A DNA stretch of 64,000 bases, taken from Macrostomum lignano (lineage: Eukaryota). Position numbers and translations under genes: made by a program. The DNA lies in assembly GCA_002269645.1 (NCBI GenBank), contig NIVC01001550.1, positions 205,307-269,306 of the forward strand. The letters are read 5' to 3'. Each line of letters begins with the position of its first letter. Position 1 is the stretch's first letter. This document shows, in pieces, positions 1 through 11,524 of the stretch. Below the pieces are notes generated by a model, which had not been told where the DNA came from, did not search any database, and worked only from the letters and a program-made list of their open reading frames with translations.

Positions 1-384
1 CTGTTTCAATCAATCAAAAAACTGATTCTTTATCTGTTTCGAAGTCATATTGCAATAATTACTTAAAAAATTCAACTCTTACTTTCTAGAGCCACTCGAT
101 CCGATCCCGAATTACCGCCGTAGTCCATAGCTACAGATTTTTATGTTAACGAGGTACCACAAAGAGTTGCTCTGATAATTTAATTATTCGAATAAAGAGG
201 GTTCGGTGCATTCATAAATTTCCACGGTAATAGAAATTTTCGGCGTAAGTATTTAATTTTACAAGTCACATGTATGAGAAAGAGTTTTTACCTCCAAAAA
301 GAATTAAAATATAGTTAAATGTAAATATAAATCATATTCTAAAGTAAAATCATCTGTACACTTCGTTTAAATGTTATGTAGCAC

Positions 385-392
385 GCCACGTC
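385..392 (-). promoter_or_regulatory. UPRE/XBP1-like element (GACGTGGC) about 240 bp upstream of the PDI-like ATG
   Basis: GCCACGTC on + strand, one mismatch to the TGACGTGG UPRE consensus. The position fits an ER-folding gene, but the motif is short and could be chance. Confidence 0.25.
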
Positions 393-628
393 GTGAGCCG
401 AAAATTTAAATGTTACATTTTATACGAATTCAATTTTGTACAAAGTTCTGCTACATATTTATCGTTAATAGTGGTAATTTCCGACTGGTTGCTACTTGCT
501 TACCTTAACTTTTTTAATTCAAACGCTTGACAAATTGCTGGTATTCTGTGCGCACGTAGCTTTAATTCTATCATTTCGATAACTTGTGATAGCGTTTGCC
601 GTTCGTCGAAAATTAAGGCTGCTTGGAA

Positions 629-3600
629 ATGTTTTGTCGGAAAAGCATTCTTATAATTTTATTTATCTCTTTTTCGCTAAGTAAGTATGCTGAGTATTTT
701 GTGGTTTTGAAAGTACAATTGTATTCAAATTTCACGATTATCTATTGTGAGAAAATTTGTGAAGAAATGAATAATAAATGACAAACATGAAACAACATCA
801 TTAAGGTAATTGTAATATGCATTAAACATAAATTTTAACTGTTCTTGATAATTTAAAACTTTTTTTCAGTTTGGACATCTGAAGTTAAAGAAGATCACTT
901 ATTACTATTGGATGAGGCAACATTCGAAAGCGCTCTACAGAATAAAGATGTCATGCTTGTTTTATTTCAGTCTAACCAGTGAGTTCCAATATTTTTTGTA
1001 ATGTATGAGTATTTAGTCATACTATATCCTATAATTTTCTTTCTAGTTTGGAAACAAAAATAAAACTGCTAGCTACAGTAATCTAGATGAGAAAAAATTA
1101 TAATTATTCCTTTCTATAGCCTTTTTAACAGCCTTTTCATGAAAAAATACAATGCATATATCTTAAAAACTCTTGGAAGTGAGGTTTACAATAAAAAAAT
1201 CGGCCTTATATTCTGAATTTTATGTCTATATTACTCCTTTCTAATGCACGTTTGGAGAAAAATAAAATAAAACACTGCCTCATAAGGATTTGGCCATGGT
1301 ACTTCTACCATTAACTGAAATCAATGTTACAATAAAAACTCTTTGTTTAATTAAAATTTTTAACAAATTTGCTATTGTAATGTGAAATTAAGTTTTAATC
1401 TCTCTCTCTCTCTCTTTCTGCATAATTGAATTATTAGTTCATTTCAACATGATACTGAGCAGGATAAGCATTTCAATACCCTTCAATCGCAGGTGCCAAA
1501 GCTGCTCCGAGCTGCAGGCAAAGATGTCCGCCGCGGCTGCCTTGCTGTTTGACTCCACCGGCTCAGAGGCTCCGCCGCCTCGAGCGGGCCTGGCCCGAGT
1601 CAACTCCACCGCCTCGCCTTCGTTGGCGGCCCAATACGGCATTGACCCCAACTTGGCCACCCCGGTGCTGAAGCTGTTCAAGCTTGCGAGCTCTTCCGCG
1701 GCGGCCTCGGACTACACTGGCCCAACTGACACCGCCGAGGCCATCGCTGAGCACATTCGTCTACAAGCTGAGGCAGACAGTGGGCCGCAGCGCCTCACGG
1801 AGGCCAACCTGACGGATGCGCTGTCGCGCCAAGCCAACTGGCTGGTGGCCTTTGTTGACGCCGCCTCGTCATCCAGGCTTGACTTCGCTCTGGAAGGTTT
1901 GAAGTCTGCGGCTGACCAGCTGCGGCGCGGCAAGCACCCGGTGGCATTCGGCTACGCTGACGCTCGCGGCAACGAGGAGGCGCTGGCCAAGCGGCTGGGG
2001 CTGAGCACTGACTCGCTGCCCGTGTTCGCCCTGCTGCAGCGTGACGAGGTGCGCGCGACAATTATTTTACTCTGCTTCAAAATGATTTATGGCTGATTGT
2101 GTATCTGTTAGTGTCTGGCGCTGTATAGCAACCGCATATATACTGCATAATAATGGCTTGGCACTCACATAGCAACCGCACAGCAAAGCCTTGGCAACCG
2201 CACAGCAAAGCCTTGGCAACCGCATACATGTAGCAACCCCTATTGCAGCGCATGGCTTAAGTACGCCAGACGCCTACACAACCTGCGCCACGCTGTGAAA
2301 TGACTTACCTGTGAAAGAAACCCTAAAGCAAAATTAGGGTAAACGGCAGGAGTAACTATGACTGTCTTATCAAGCCTAAATGCCTCGGCATCTAATTAGT
2401 ACCGCGCCGCGCCAAACTAATCGCCGCGCGCCGTACGCGCTGCGCCGCGCCGTATTAGATCCGCGCCGGACGCCGTCCGCCAAAATGCCCATGCGCTGCA
2501 ATCAGGGTAGCAACCACACAGCAAAGCCTTGGCAACCGCATAGCAACCACACAGCAAAGCCTTGGCAACCGCATAGCAACCGCACAGCAAAGCCTTGGCA
2601 ACCGCACAGCAAAGTCTTGGCAACCGCATAGCAACCGCACAGCAAAGCCTTGGCAACCGCATAGCACCTTGTTTACTCCTAGCTCCCATGTCTCCCAAAT
2701 TGTCCTCTGTCCATACTCACTTTTCTATGACCCACCCCGCAGCCAAGCTGGGCCATTCCGTTCTCGCACGAGTTGAACGGCGCCAACCTGGCCAAATTTG
2801 TCCGGGCCCACGTGGTCGAGTCTATCGCTCAGCTACGCGCCGAAGCGGCCCAAATTCACGACAGCCCGGAGCCGCTCGACGCCCTCAACGGCGGCGTTGA
2901 TGCGCACCTGGTGGCCAGCGAGGCCGCCGCCGCCCCCGTCCGGCGCTTTCTGGCCGCCTTCCTGGCCGAGTCCGGATTCTTTTTTGATCGTAGACTGGAC
3001 GGAGGCCTGCTGGCGGCACCGGCGGCGAAGAAACTTGGCATGACGCTGGATGCCATCTACGTGAGACTGTCGCCTCACCTGCTCACCAGCGGCGAGTCTG
3101 GCATGGCCCGGTGCGCTGAACTACTGTTTGCTCAGTTCAGATTCAAACTTGCAACCGCATAGCAACAGAGTAGCAACCGCATAGCAACAGAGTAGCAACC
3201 GCATAGCAACAGAGTAGCAACCGCATAGCAACAGAGTAGCAACCGCATAGCAACAGAGTAGCAACCGCATAGCAACAGAGTAGCAACCGCATAGCAACAG
3301 AGTAGCAACCGCATAGCAACAGAGTAGCAACCGCATAGCAACAGAGTAGCAACCGCATAGCAACAGAGTAGCAACCGCATAGCAACAGAGTAGCAACCGC
3401 ATAGCAACCGGCTATAAATGCGTATTTCCTCGTCCTTGTTATCCTCGTACTTATCATTGCAACTCCGTCAATTCGCATCCGCAGCTACCCTGGCCCGCTG
3501 CATTCGAGCCCGTCCCTCAAGACTTTCTTTGATCGGCGCAGCCTGCCTCGCCTCGGCCTGTTGGCCTGGCACACCAGGCGGGCCTACATGAGCGCGCCTG

Positions 3601-4842
3601 GCCGGTCGGTGTGCCTGTTCTACACAAGCCTGCCTGGCAACTGGTTGGGCGAGTCGGGCAAGCTGGCCAAGAGGACTCACGCCAAACTGGCCGCCATGAT
3701 CGAGGGTCGGCAGCAGCTGGCGCTGTTCGCTCTGGCGGGTGAGGAGCAGGTGAGCCGCTTTCCTGTCTGACCGACTTTTTATAACAGCAAACTCACTTCA
3801 ATGTGTACTTTTGGTAGTTTTCCATCAGCCACCCCTGATTCTCGGTAGTTTTCCGTCACCCACCCCTGATTCTCTCGGTAGTTTTCCATCACCCACCCCT
3901 GATTCTCTCGGTAGTTTTCCATCACCCACCCCTGATTCTCTCGGTAGTTTTCCATCACCCACCCCTGATTCTCTCGGTAGTTTTCCATCACCCACCCCTG
4001 ATTCTCTCGGTAGTTTTCCATCACCCACCCCTGATTCTCTCGGTAGTTTTTCATCACCCAACCCTGATTCTCTCGGTAGTTTCCCGGCACCACCACCGAC
4101 TCTCTCAGTAATTTTCTATCACCCACCCCTGATTGCTTAGACAGTTCTCAATCACATCACCCTCTCAATAAGCCCAATCCCGCCAACCCCATTCTGAACT
4201 CTGCACATCACCCAGCAATCAACCGAGGTGGCCAACTTCGGCTTCGACGAGAGCTCCTCGGAGGTGAACCTGGGCTGCTACGACGCCGCCAGACGCCGGT
4301 TCGCCATGCCCGAGTCGGACGGTCCCGACCCAGCCGCGGTGCACAAATTCCTAGACTCGTTCGCGGCCGGCACTGCGCCACAGCGGCTTCGCTCAGCCTC
4401 GGTGCCTCTCGCCGACAATGTCGAGGTTGCCACCGCCAACGCGGAGAGGTTAGCGCAGCTGCTGAAGGACGCGGCTCGGGTGCTGCTCATCCAGTGCGAC
4501 TTCTCCACCCAGCCGTGCGGCCAATCAATCAAAGAGTTCGCCGCCGCCGCCTCGGAGTTCCTTAGCAACCGCAACAATAAAAACATTCGCTTCGTCCGAG
4601 TGGACACCAAGTTCAATGATCTGCCAGGCGAGCTGTACTACAGATTCGAGGGCGAATCCGCTATAGAACTGACCTCCGAACAGCCGCAGGTGATGCTTCT
4701 GCTGCCCTCAGCGGGTCTGCAGTCTTCTGGCCAAGCAAAGGTGATTCGTTACGAACGGGACGCAGTTGCCAAGGCCTACCTGCTGCAGTTCCTGACCGAT
4801 AACAGCGAATTTGCGGATCGAGCAGCTCATCAGGAACTGTAG
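629..4842 (+). CDS. Protein disulfide isomerase family protein, ERp72/PDIA4-like five-thioredoxin-fold layout, about 658 aa; exons 629-680, 870-978, 1493-2048, 2743-3110, 3485-3749, 4216-4842
   Basis: All five introns are GT-AG with consistent phases. Features: signal peptide MFCRKSILIILFISFSL; Trx start LDEATFESALQNKDVMLVLF followed by CQSC; b/b' motifs (ARYPGPL, LKTFFDRRSLPRLG); a' domain with CGQS and RFVRVDTKFNDLP; C-terminal HQEL ER-retention signal. Confidence 0.85.
2170..2666. repeat. Minisatellite made of 11-bp subunits (TAGCAACCGCA/CAGCAAAGCCT/TGGCAACCGCA; 22-33 bp units), in two blocks at 2170-2225 and 2508-2666 in PDI intron 3
   Basis: Directly visible tandem copies on both sides of the 28S-like fragment. 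Confidence 0.9.
2290..2407 (+). pseudogene. Decayed fragment of eukaryotic 28S rRNA (helix 68-71 region)
   Basis: 2337-2407 reads GGGTAAACGGCAGGAGTAACTATGACTGTCTTATCAAGCCTAAATGCCTCGGCATCTAATTAGTACCGCGC, against the conserved 28S GGGTAAACGGCGGGAGTAACTATGACTCTCTTAAGGTAGCCAAATGCCTCGTCATCTAATTAGTGACGCGC. Weaker similarity extends upstream. The substitutions break H69 pairs. Confidence 0.85.
3151..3407. repeat. 22-bp minisatellite (TAGCAACCGCA+TAGCAACAGAG), about 11 copies, PDI intron 4
   Basis: Near-perfect tandem copies. Confidence 0.95.
3810..4135. repeat. 33-bp minisatellite (TCTCTCGGTAGTTTTCCATCACCCACCCCTGAT), PDI intron 5
   Basis: Tandem copies with degenerate ends. Confidence 0.95.
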
Positions 4843-4949
4843 ATTCGATAGCATTACGAATTTGATGGCATTACATTGCCACCGGTAAGGGGAACATGCC
4901 CAAGGGTCATGGGGGTCACGAGGTCTTTAAAAGCAAAAAATCTAGTCTG

Positions 4950-5222
4950 GGGCGCTGAATTGGCGCTAAAATCTAGTCTAGCGCTGAAATCTAGCCTTTG
5001 GCGCTAAAATCTAGCCTTTGGCGCTGAAATCTAGCCTTTGGCGCTAAAATCTAGTCTTTGGCGCTAAAATCTAGCCTTTGGCGCTAAAATATAGCCTTTG
5101 GCGCTGAAATCTAGCCTTTGGCGCTAAAATCTAGCCTTTGGCGCTAAAATCTAGTCTTTGGCGCTAAAATCTAGCCTTTGGCGCTAAAATATAGCCTTTG
5201 GCGCTGAATAGGCGCTAAAATA
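4950..5222. repeat. 20-bp minisatellite (GCGCTAAAATCTAGCCTTTG) just downstream of the PDI stop codon
   Basis: Tandem copies. Confidence 0.95.
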
Positions 5223-5984
5223 TATCGTCCAGCGACTGGCAACTGAGAATTTTGCACCCTCACCCTCTTGCACCCTCATTTATTTAATTGTCCCTTAATG
5301 CTTCCTGTCTGTGGGTTTCTGTTTTAATCAGGTAATAAGGTTATTTGCCTCCTATTGATGTTGCATTACGAGATTAAGGTACACATTTCTACGAGCGCAT
5401 TAATTGTTTTTATTTCGCCTTCCGCAGTTGACTTTTAACAAAATTTTTAATTACACGGAGAGTTAAGACTTTTATTGCTTTTTTTATTCGTTTGATTCTT
5501 ACAATCTGAACATATTTTACTAACAAATGTTTTTTGCCGTCTACTCTAAGTAGGCCAGACCGTTTGTTTCTCAATTAACTTTAAAACACTCCAATTGGTT
5601 GTCATTTATCTTTTATCGACTTTAGCCCGATGTACTCGTAGCTTTTAGATTTTTAGTGGTAATTTTATTTATATATTGCCTTCAGTTATTTGTATTTTGG
5701 TTAAACTGAATCTTATTCATTGCGTCACAGGATCTTGCCTCCTCCATTATGTGTCCGGAGCTGCCAAGTATTGATTTTTCATTCTTACGGACTTAAGCAG
5801 ATCTTATCATTGGTCAAATATACACTTTGCCTGTGGTTTTGCCTAACATTTTGTTTTTAGTTATTGTTTGTTAATATAGCTGATTCGCTGTATCGGAACT
5901 GGTATTTTTAACAAAGTTTCTGTATTTTACGCGCTTTATATGACTTTTAAGTTTCCTGTCACGACATTTAGGAGAGCGACAGCG

Positions 5985-6502
5985 AGAGGGGCGCCAGCTA
6001 CAGAGGGGGCACAGCTACAGAGAGGGCACAGCTACAGAGGGGGCACAGCTACAGAGGGGCGCCAGCTACAGAGAGGGCGTCAGCTGCAGAGAGGGCGTCA
6101 GCTACAGAGAGGGCGTCAGCTACAGAGAGGGCACCAGCTACAGAGAGGGCACCAGCTACAGAGAGAGCGTCAGCTACAGAGGGGCGCCAGCTACAGAGAG
6201 GGCGCCAGCTACAGAGGGGCACAGCTACAGAGAGGGCGTCAGCTACAGAGGGGCGCCAGCTACAGAGAGGGCGTCAGCTACAGAGAGGGCGTCAGCTACA
6301 GAGAGGGCGTCAGCTACAGAGAGGGCGCCAGCTACAGAGAGGGCGCCAGCTACAGAGAGAGCGTCAGCTACAGAGGGGCGCCAGCTACAGAGAGGGCGCC
6401 AGCTACAGAGAGAGCGTCAGCTACAGAGGGGCCCCAGCTACAGAGAGGGCGTCAGCTACAGAGAGGGCGCCAGCTACAGAGAGGGCGCCAGCTACAGAGG
6501 GG
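5985..6502. repeat. About 17-bp minisatellite (CAGCTACAGAGAGGGCG)
   Basis: Tandem copies with small length variants. Confidence 0.95.
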
Positions 6503-6514
6503 GCCTTTTACAGA

Positions 6515-7675
6515 AATCCAGACCAGAAGCTACAGAAGACAGACCAGAAGCTACAGAAGACAGACCAGAAGCTACAGAAGACAGACCAGAAGCTACAGAA
6601 AACATGGAGCAGAAGCTACAGAAGACAGACCAGAAGCTACAGAAGTCCAGACCAGAAGCTACAGAAGACAGACCAGAAACTACAGAAGACATGGAGCAGA
6701 AGCTACAGAAGACAGACCAGAAGCTACAGAAGACAGACCAGAAGCTACAGAAGTCCAGACCAGAAGCTACAGAAGACAGACCAGAAGCTACAGAAGACAT
6801 GGAGCAGAAGCTACAGAAGACAGACCAGAAGCTACAGAAGACAGACCAGAAGCTACAGAAGTCCAGACCAGAAGCTACAGAAGTCCAGACCAGAAGCTAC
6901 AGAAGACAGACCAGAAGCTACAGAAGACAGACCAGAAGCTACAGAAAACATGGAGCAGAAGCTACAGAAGACAGACCAGAAGCTACAGAAGACATGGAGC
7001 AGAAGCTACAGAAGACAGACCAGAAGCTACAGAAGACAGACCAGAAGCTACAGAAGACAGACCAGAAGCTACAGAAGACAGACCAGAAGCTACAGAAGAC
7101 AGACCAGAAGCTACAGAAGACAGACCAGAAGCTACAGAAAACATGGAGCAGAAGCTACAGAAGACAGACCAGAAGCTACAGAAAACATGGAGCAGAAGCT
7201 ACAGAAGACAGACCAGAAGCTACAGAAGACAGACCAGAAGCTACAGAAAACATGGAGCAGAAGCTACAGAAGACAGACCAGAAGCTACAGAAGACAGACC
7301 AGAAGCTACAGAAAACATGGAGCAGAAGCTACAGAAGACAGACCAGAAGCTACAGAAGACATGGAGCAGAAGCTACAGAAGACAGACCAGAAGCTACAGA
7401 AGACATGGAGCAGAAGCTACAGAAGACAGACCAGAAGCTACAGAAGACATGGAGCAGAAGCTACAGAAGACAGACCAGAAGCTACAGAAGACAGACCAGA
7501 AGCTACAGAAGACAGACCAGAAGCTACAGAAGACAGACCAGAAGCTACAGAAGACATGGAGCAGAAGCTACAGAAGACAGACCAGAAGCTACAGAAAACA
7601 TGGAGCAGAAGCTACAGAAGACAGACCAGAAGCTACAGAAAACATGGAGCAGAAGCTACAGAAGACAGACCAGAA
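6515..7675. repeat. 21-bp minisatellite (GACCAGAAGCTACAGAAGACA) with a GGAGCAGAAG/AAAACAT variant
   Basis: Tandem copies; shares the GCTACAGA core with the adjacent 17-mer array. Confidence 0.95.
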
Positions 7676-8271
7676 AACATTTGGATTCGCACCGACTGTT
7701 GGGGCCTAACATTTCAACCTGAGCCTGCTGAGCCTGCAACATCCTTCAATAAGATTAAAAAAGTGATTATACAGTAGATAATCACCACTAATCAGAGTTA
7801 CACAGTAAAGCTGCACAGTACTAGGCAAAACTGAATCTGTACTTTGAAAACTTGTTATTAACTGTATTTTTAAATCATCACCAGTAGTAAAAAACAATTT
7901 TCGTCTCGAGTGCTCATGTATACAGAAAAGCGTGCCCATATAAGACAGGTCAAAAGTTGCAAATCAGCTTAATATCCTACTCAGTACTCAGTAGTGCGCA
8001 TAAGCGAAGGCAGTACAAAGAATGTGCGTACATGTACATAATAGTGTACAGCTCAGAAACCTGTTATGATATAACAAAGTCAAAATGTATTCAAATGATT
8101 AGTGATTATTGAATAAGAAAGCGATTTGCAATCACAGGTTTCTTTACCTTTACAAATTGGGAAGAACAAATTATTATTATTTTAAAGTCTATAAACTGAT
8201 ATCAGTAATAAATAATGGATATACTTATAGTTATTATAGTGATTTATTGAGAGCTTGTACGTCGTATCAAG

Positions 8272-9759
8272 TTACGCGCTGGCCTCCGCTGCCAATGTCC
8301 CGGATTCTGCGGAATCTGCCATTGTCTGCTGCTGCAGCCACCGCTGCTCTGTCTCCGGCTCCTCCAACTCGGCATCCTGCCTCGTCTGCAGATCTGCATC
8401 AACTTTCACTTCAGCATCCGCAATCAGTTCCGGCTCTGCTGCTTCTTCCACATCCGGACTGACTTCCGGCTCGGCTTTTGATGAAGCATTGGCAGCCTCC
8501 TCCCCGAGCTTGCCAGCCTCCGCAGGCTGCATCGCCGAGTCGACTTCGGCATCGGCTCCGGTAGCCTCGTCGAGCTCCTCCTCATCCGGCATCTCTTCGT
8601 CAACCTCGCCGTCTCCTTCTCCATCGCCCTCGCCGTCGATGGTGATGCTGTACTCGCCGGTCTCGTATCTGCGCTCGAGAAATTCGAGACACTCCGAGCT
8701 AGTCAGCTTAGTCTCGATGTTCCGCTTGGGCTCGTTGCCGGGATGCGTGACCTCGATGTGGCGGACCAAGTGATCCTTGCGGTAGTAGGACTTCTGACAG
8801 CAGCGGCAGGCGAACGGCTTGAAGCCGACGTGTTTCAGCGAGTGACGCTGCAGGTTGGAGCGCTGGGTGAAGCTGGCGCTGCAGAATGTGCACTTGTAGC
8901 TCTTGTGCAGCGAGTAGGTGTGCTTAGACAGGCTGGCCAGAGAGGCGAAGGCTTCGGGGCACTGATTGCAGGGGAAGCTGCGGTGACCCCCGCGGCGGGA
9001 GCGGAGGCCAAACAGGGAGCGGGACCGCTGGCCAGACCGCTTGGAGTCGCTCTGCGTCACATTGCCGCTGCTGACGCCGCTGTTGTTGCTGTTGCTGGTG
9101 TTGCTGCTACCGAGGATATCCAGACGAGCATCTGCTGTTGGGCTTTTTAACGAGTCCGAAACTGCTGACTGCTGCTGCTGTTGCTGCTGCTGCTGCGGTT
9201 GCTGCTGCTGCGGCCGAGTCGGCTGAAAGATCGCCGTAGGACTCGGGAAGACGCTGGCAGCAGTCAGGAAGCCAGTTGGCAGCAGGAAGTGCTGCTGGAA
9301 GCTCGGATTATTGACGTAGAAGCCGAGGCAGCCGCTGCCGCCAGTCTCCTTCTTGACTGTCGCGGCGCTGGGAGGATCGGCGCTGGCAGAGGCTGCCGCC
9401 GGGTCGCCGCCGGCGCCGCTGCTAGCCGCCACAAACGAGTCCAAACCGTTGGCAACCATCTTCTGCGGCGCCTGCGACTTTCGTTTCGACGATTTCTCGG
9501 CCTTGGATGTCGCCACCGCCTCCGCCGGTGCCGCTGCTGCCGCAACCGTTGCAGTCGCAGCAGCTGACGCCGCAGTAGTCCTCACTGCTGGCATCGGCGC
9601 CGCCGCCAGGTCCTCGACAATGTCCAGGAAGACGGCGGATTCGTCCGAGCCGTCCAGACGAACGCTGACCAGGCAGGTGACCCGGGCGGACCGTTCATAG
9701 CCGGGCAGGTGACTCCTAATAGCGTCTAACAGATCCGCGCGGAATTTGGCTCGGTCCAT
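8272..9759 (-). CDS. zfp-1: C2H2 zinc-finger transcription factor of the flatworm zfp-1 family (495 aa, single coding exon; an acceptor just before the ATG suggests an upstream non-coding exon ending near 10360)
   Basis: Three C2H2 fingers. Fingers 2 and 3 carry QRSNLQR and RKDHLVR, which I recall as the diagnostic residues of the planarian/schistosome zfp-1 family, followed by the C-terminal block HPGNEPKRNIETKLTSSECLEFL. PolyQ and acidic low-complexity regions are also present. Confidence 0.8.
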   Translation of the reverse strand: MDRAKFRADLLDAIRSHLPGYERSARVTCLVSVRLDGSDESAVFLDIVEDLAAAPMPAVRTTAASAAATATVAAAAAPAEAVATSKAEKSSKRKSQAPQKMVANGLDSFVAASSGAGGDPAAASASADPPSAATVKKETGGSGCLGFYVNNPSFQQHFLLPTGFLTAASVFPSPTAIFQPTRPQQQQPQQQQQQQQQSAVSDSLKSPTADARLDILGSSNTSNSNNSGVSSGNVTQSDSKRSGQRSRSLFGLRSRRGGHRSFPCNQCPEAFASLASLSKHTYSLHKSYKCTFCSASFTQRSNLQRHSLKHVGFKPFACRCCQKSYYRKDHLVRHIEVTHPGNEPKRNIETKLTSSECLEFLERRYETGEYSITIDGEGDGEGDGEVDEEMPDEEELDEATGADAEVDSAMQPAEAGKLGEEAANASSKAEPEVSPDVEEAAEPELIADAEVKVDADLQTRQDAELEEPETEQRWLQQQTMADSAESGTLAAEASA

Positions 9760-11524
9760 TCTGGTGAAGTATCAGTTTCAGTATTCTTAGTTCTATACGA
9801 GGCCGATTTCCCAATACATAGGTAAATAGCTCATATATATGTGGCAATTTGGTATTATGGCCCACGAGCCTCCTGGAACTCTCCCACCTACTGCTTTGCC
9901 CCCCCCCAACTCCTCTGAATTCCCCCTTTGTGGAGGGCAACTTGGGAAACCGAGCTGCAAAATCAGGAATAGAGGGGAAGCGTGCCCCCCCCTAAACTGC
10001 TGCTTCTGCAATATGTAACTCCCCTATCCCCTAGCAGCAGTGCTAGATAAGATATCTAATAAGGCATTCTTATGTCGCTTTTTCCCACCTACTCGGGAAA
10101 CTAAGCCGACATGCGTTGGACAGAGCGGGAGAGAATTAAGGTGCGGAATGAGGATTCACGATAAAATAAGGCGCAAGATCTCTCTATAAATACAGTACGG
10201 GCTACATTATTGGGTATTCGAATTCGCGCCAAAAAAACAGTGTGTCTAATGCATACATCCCGATGGCAATTGGTGATTCAATTATTGGTTTTGGCGCGAA
10301 TTCAAAATGAAAATATTGATATAGGGATGGGATTAGCTGATTTGCTGCAGGAGACTTACCTATGTTGCCGATTACTTCGACTTAATTCTTTCGTTTATTT
10401 CCTACGGGAAGTCACACGCGAGGCAAGACAGTCAGGGGGGGGGCAATGAAATACAAAAAATACTTCAGTCAGTGAGAGAGCAGGACCCGCCTGCTGCAGC
10501 CGCATATTATAAAGTTGTATTGTCGGGGAGACGAGAGGAGGGAGGGAGGGGACAGGACTCGGTAAAATAGGGGGGGGGGACACCCGTCCTCTCCCTTTTC
10601 TCTCTGCTTGGAATACTTAAAAAAAGGGTCTCCTCAAACCCCCTTACTAGAACGGTTTGGAGAGAGACGACTGAGGAGAGGGGGAGTGAAGGCGGGGTGA
10701 TAATGCGGGGTAAGGGGTAAGAGAGGAGAGCGCTGCTCCGACTTTGTGCTAGGGCGCGCTTTGGGGTTAAGTGGAGGGACAAGGGGTGGGGGTTGGGCTA
10801 GGGGGCCGGCTGTATAATTGGGGAGGGGGTGGGTTTGGGCCTGAAAAGGAGAGCGAGAGGCCCTCCCCAAACTTGTGCAGTTGCAGCCAGCCTAAGCGGG
10901 GGAGGGCTAAAGCTGAGAAATGATCCTCCTATCTATCTGGTCTGTGCTTCACGCCCTATGCCCAGTTCTCTCTCCCCTCAGCCAGTTCAGGCACACCACA
11001 ACTCTCTCTCTCCTCTCCCTCTCTCAGGGTCTCAGCTCGGGAATTTGCTGGCGGGCTCTCCCTCTGTGTAGGGAAAGCAAGCCAGCGTTTGTTGTAGTTG
11101 AAGCAGGAGAGGCAGAAAAGCTTTGCCTGGCGGTTGCGTAGCGTACTGGCCGCACTGCGTATTATTGTGCCCCCTTTGCCACATGACCCTTCCCCGACCC
11201 CTCACTCCTACTTTCCCATTTGGGCACAGCACAGCGGCAAAAGCTGCTGCTATGCTATTACTAAGGCTGGCTAGCTTGATATCAGTGTACACTAGCGACT
11301 ATGGATAATGGAGTGTGGAAGTGGAATGAATGTGGAGTCCTGGATCGTTGCGTGAGGATTGTAGTCGTAGGTTAGCTGGGGATGCATTAATTTTTTCTGA
11401 ATTTCCCTCCAATAACTACTTTATTGATCCACACCTAACCACCAGGCAAGGTGAACTCACATCGGCACATTGTTCACGTGCACGTCCACGAAGACCACGT
11501 GGTCTTCGTCCACGAAGTCCACGA

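Noticed and set aside
2300-2335. Minus-strand polypyrimidine-CAG|GTAAGT resembling a recursive splice site
   Set aside because: No minus-strand gene is evident here, and it lies within the decayed 28S-like segment.
5940-7777. Long ORFs of 589, 372 and 275 aa
   Set aside because: They are translations of T-poor tandem repeats, open in all three + frames, with no protein-like content.
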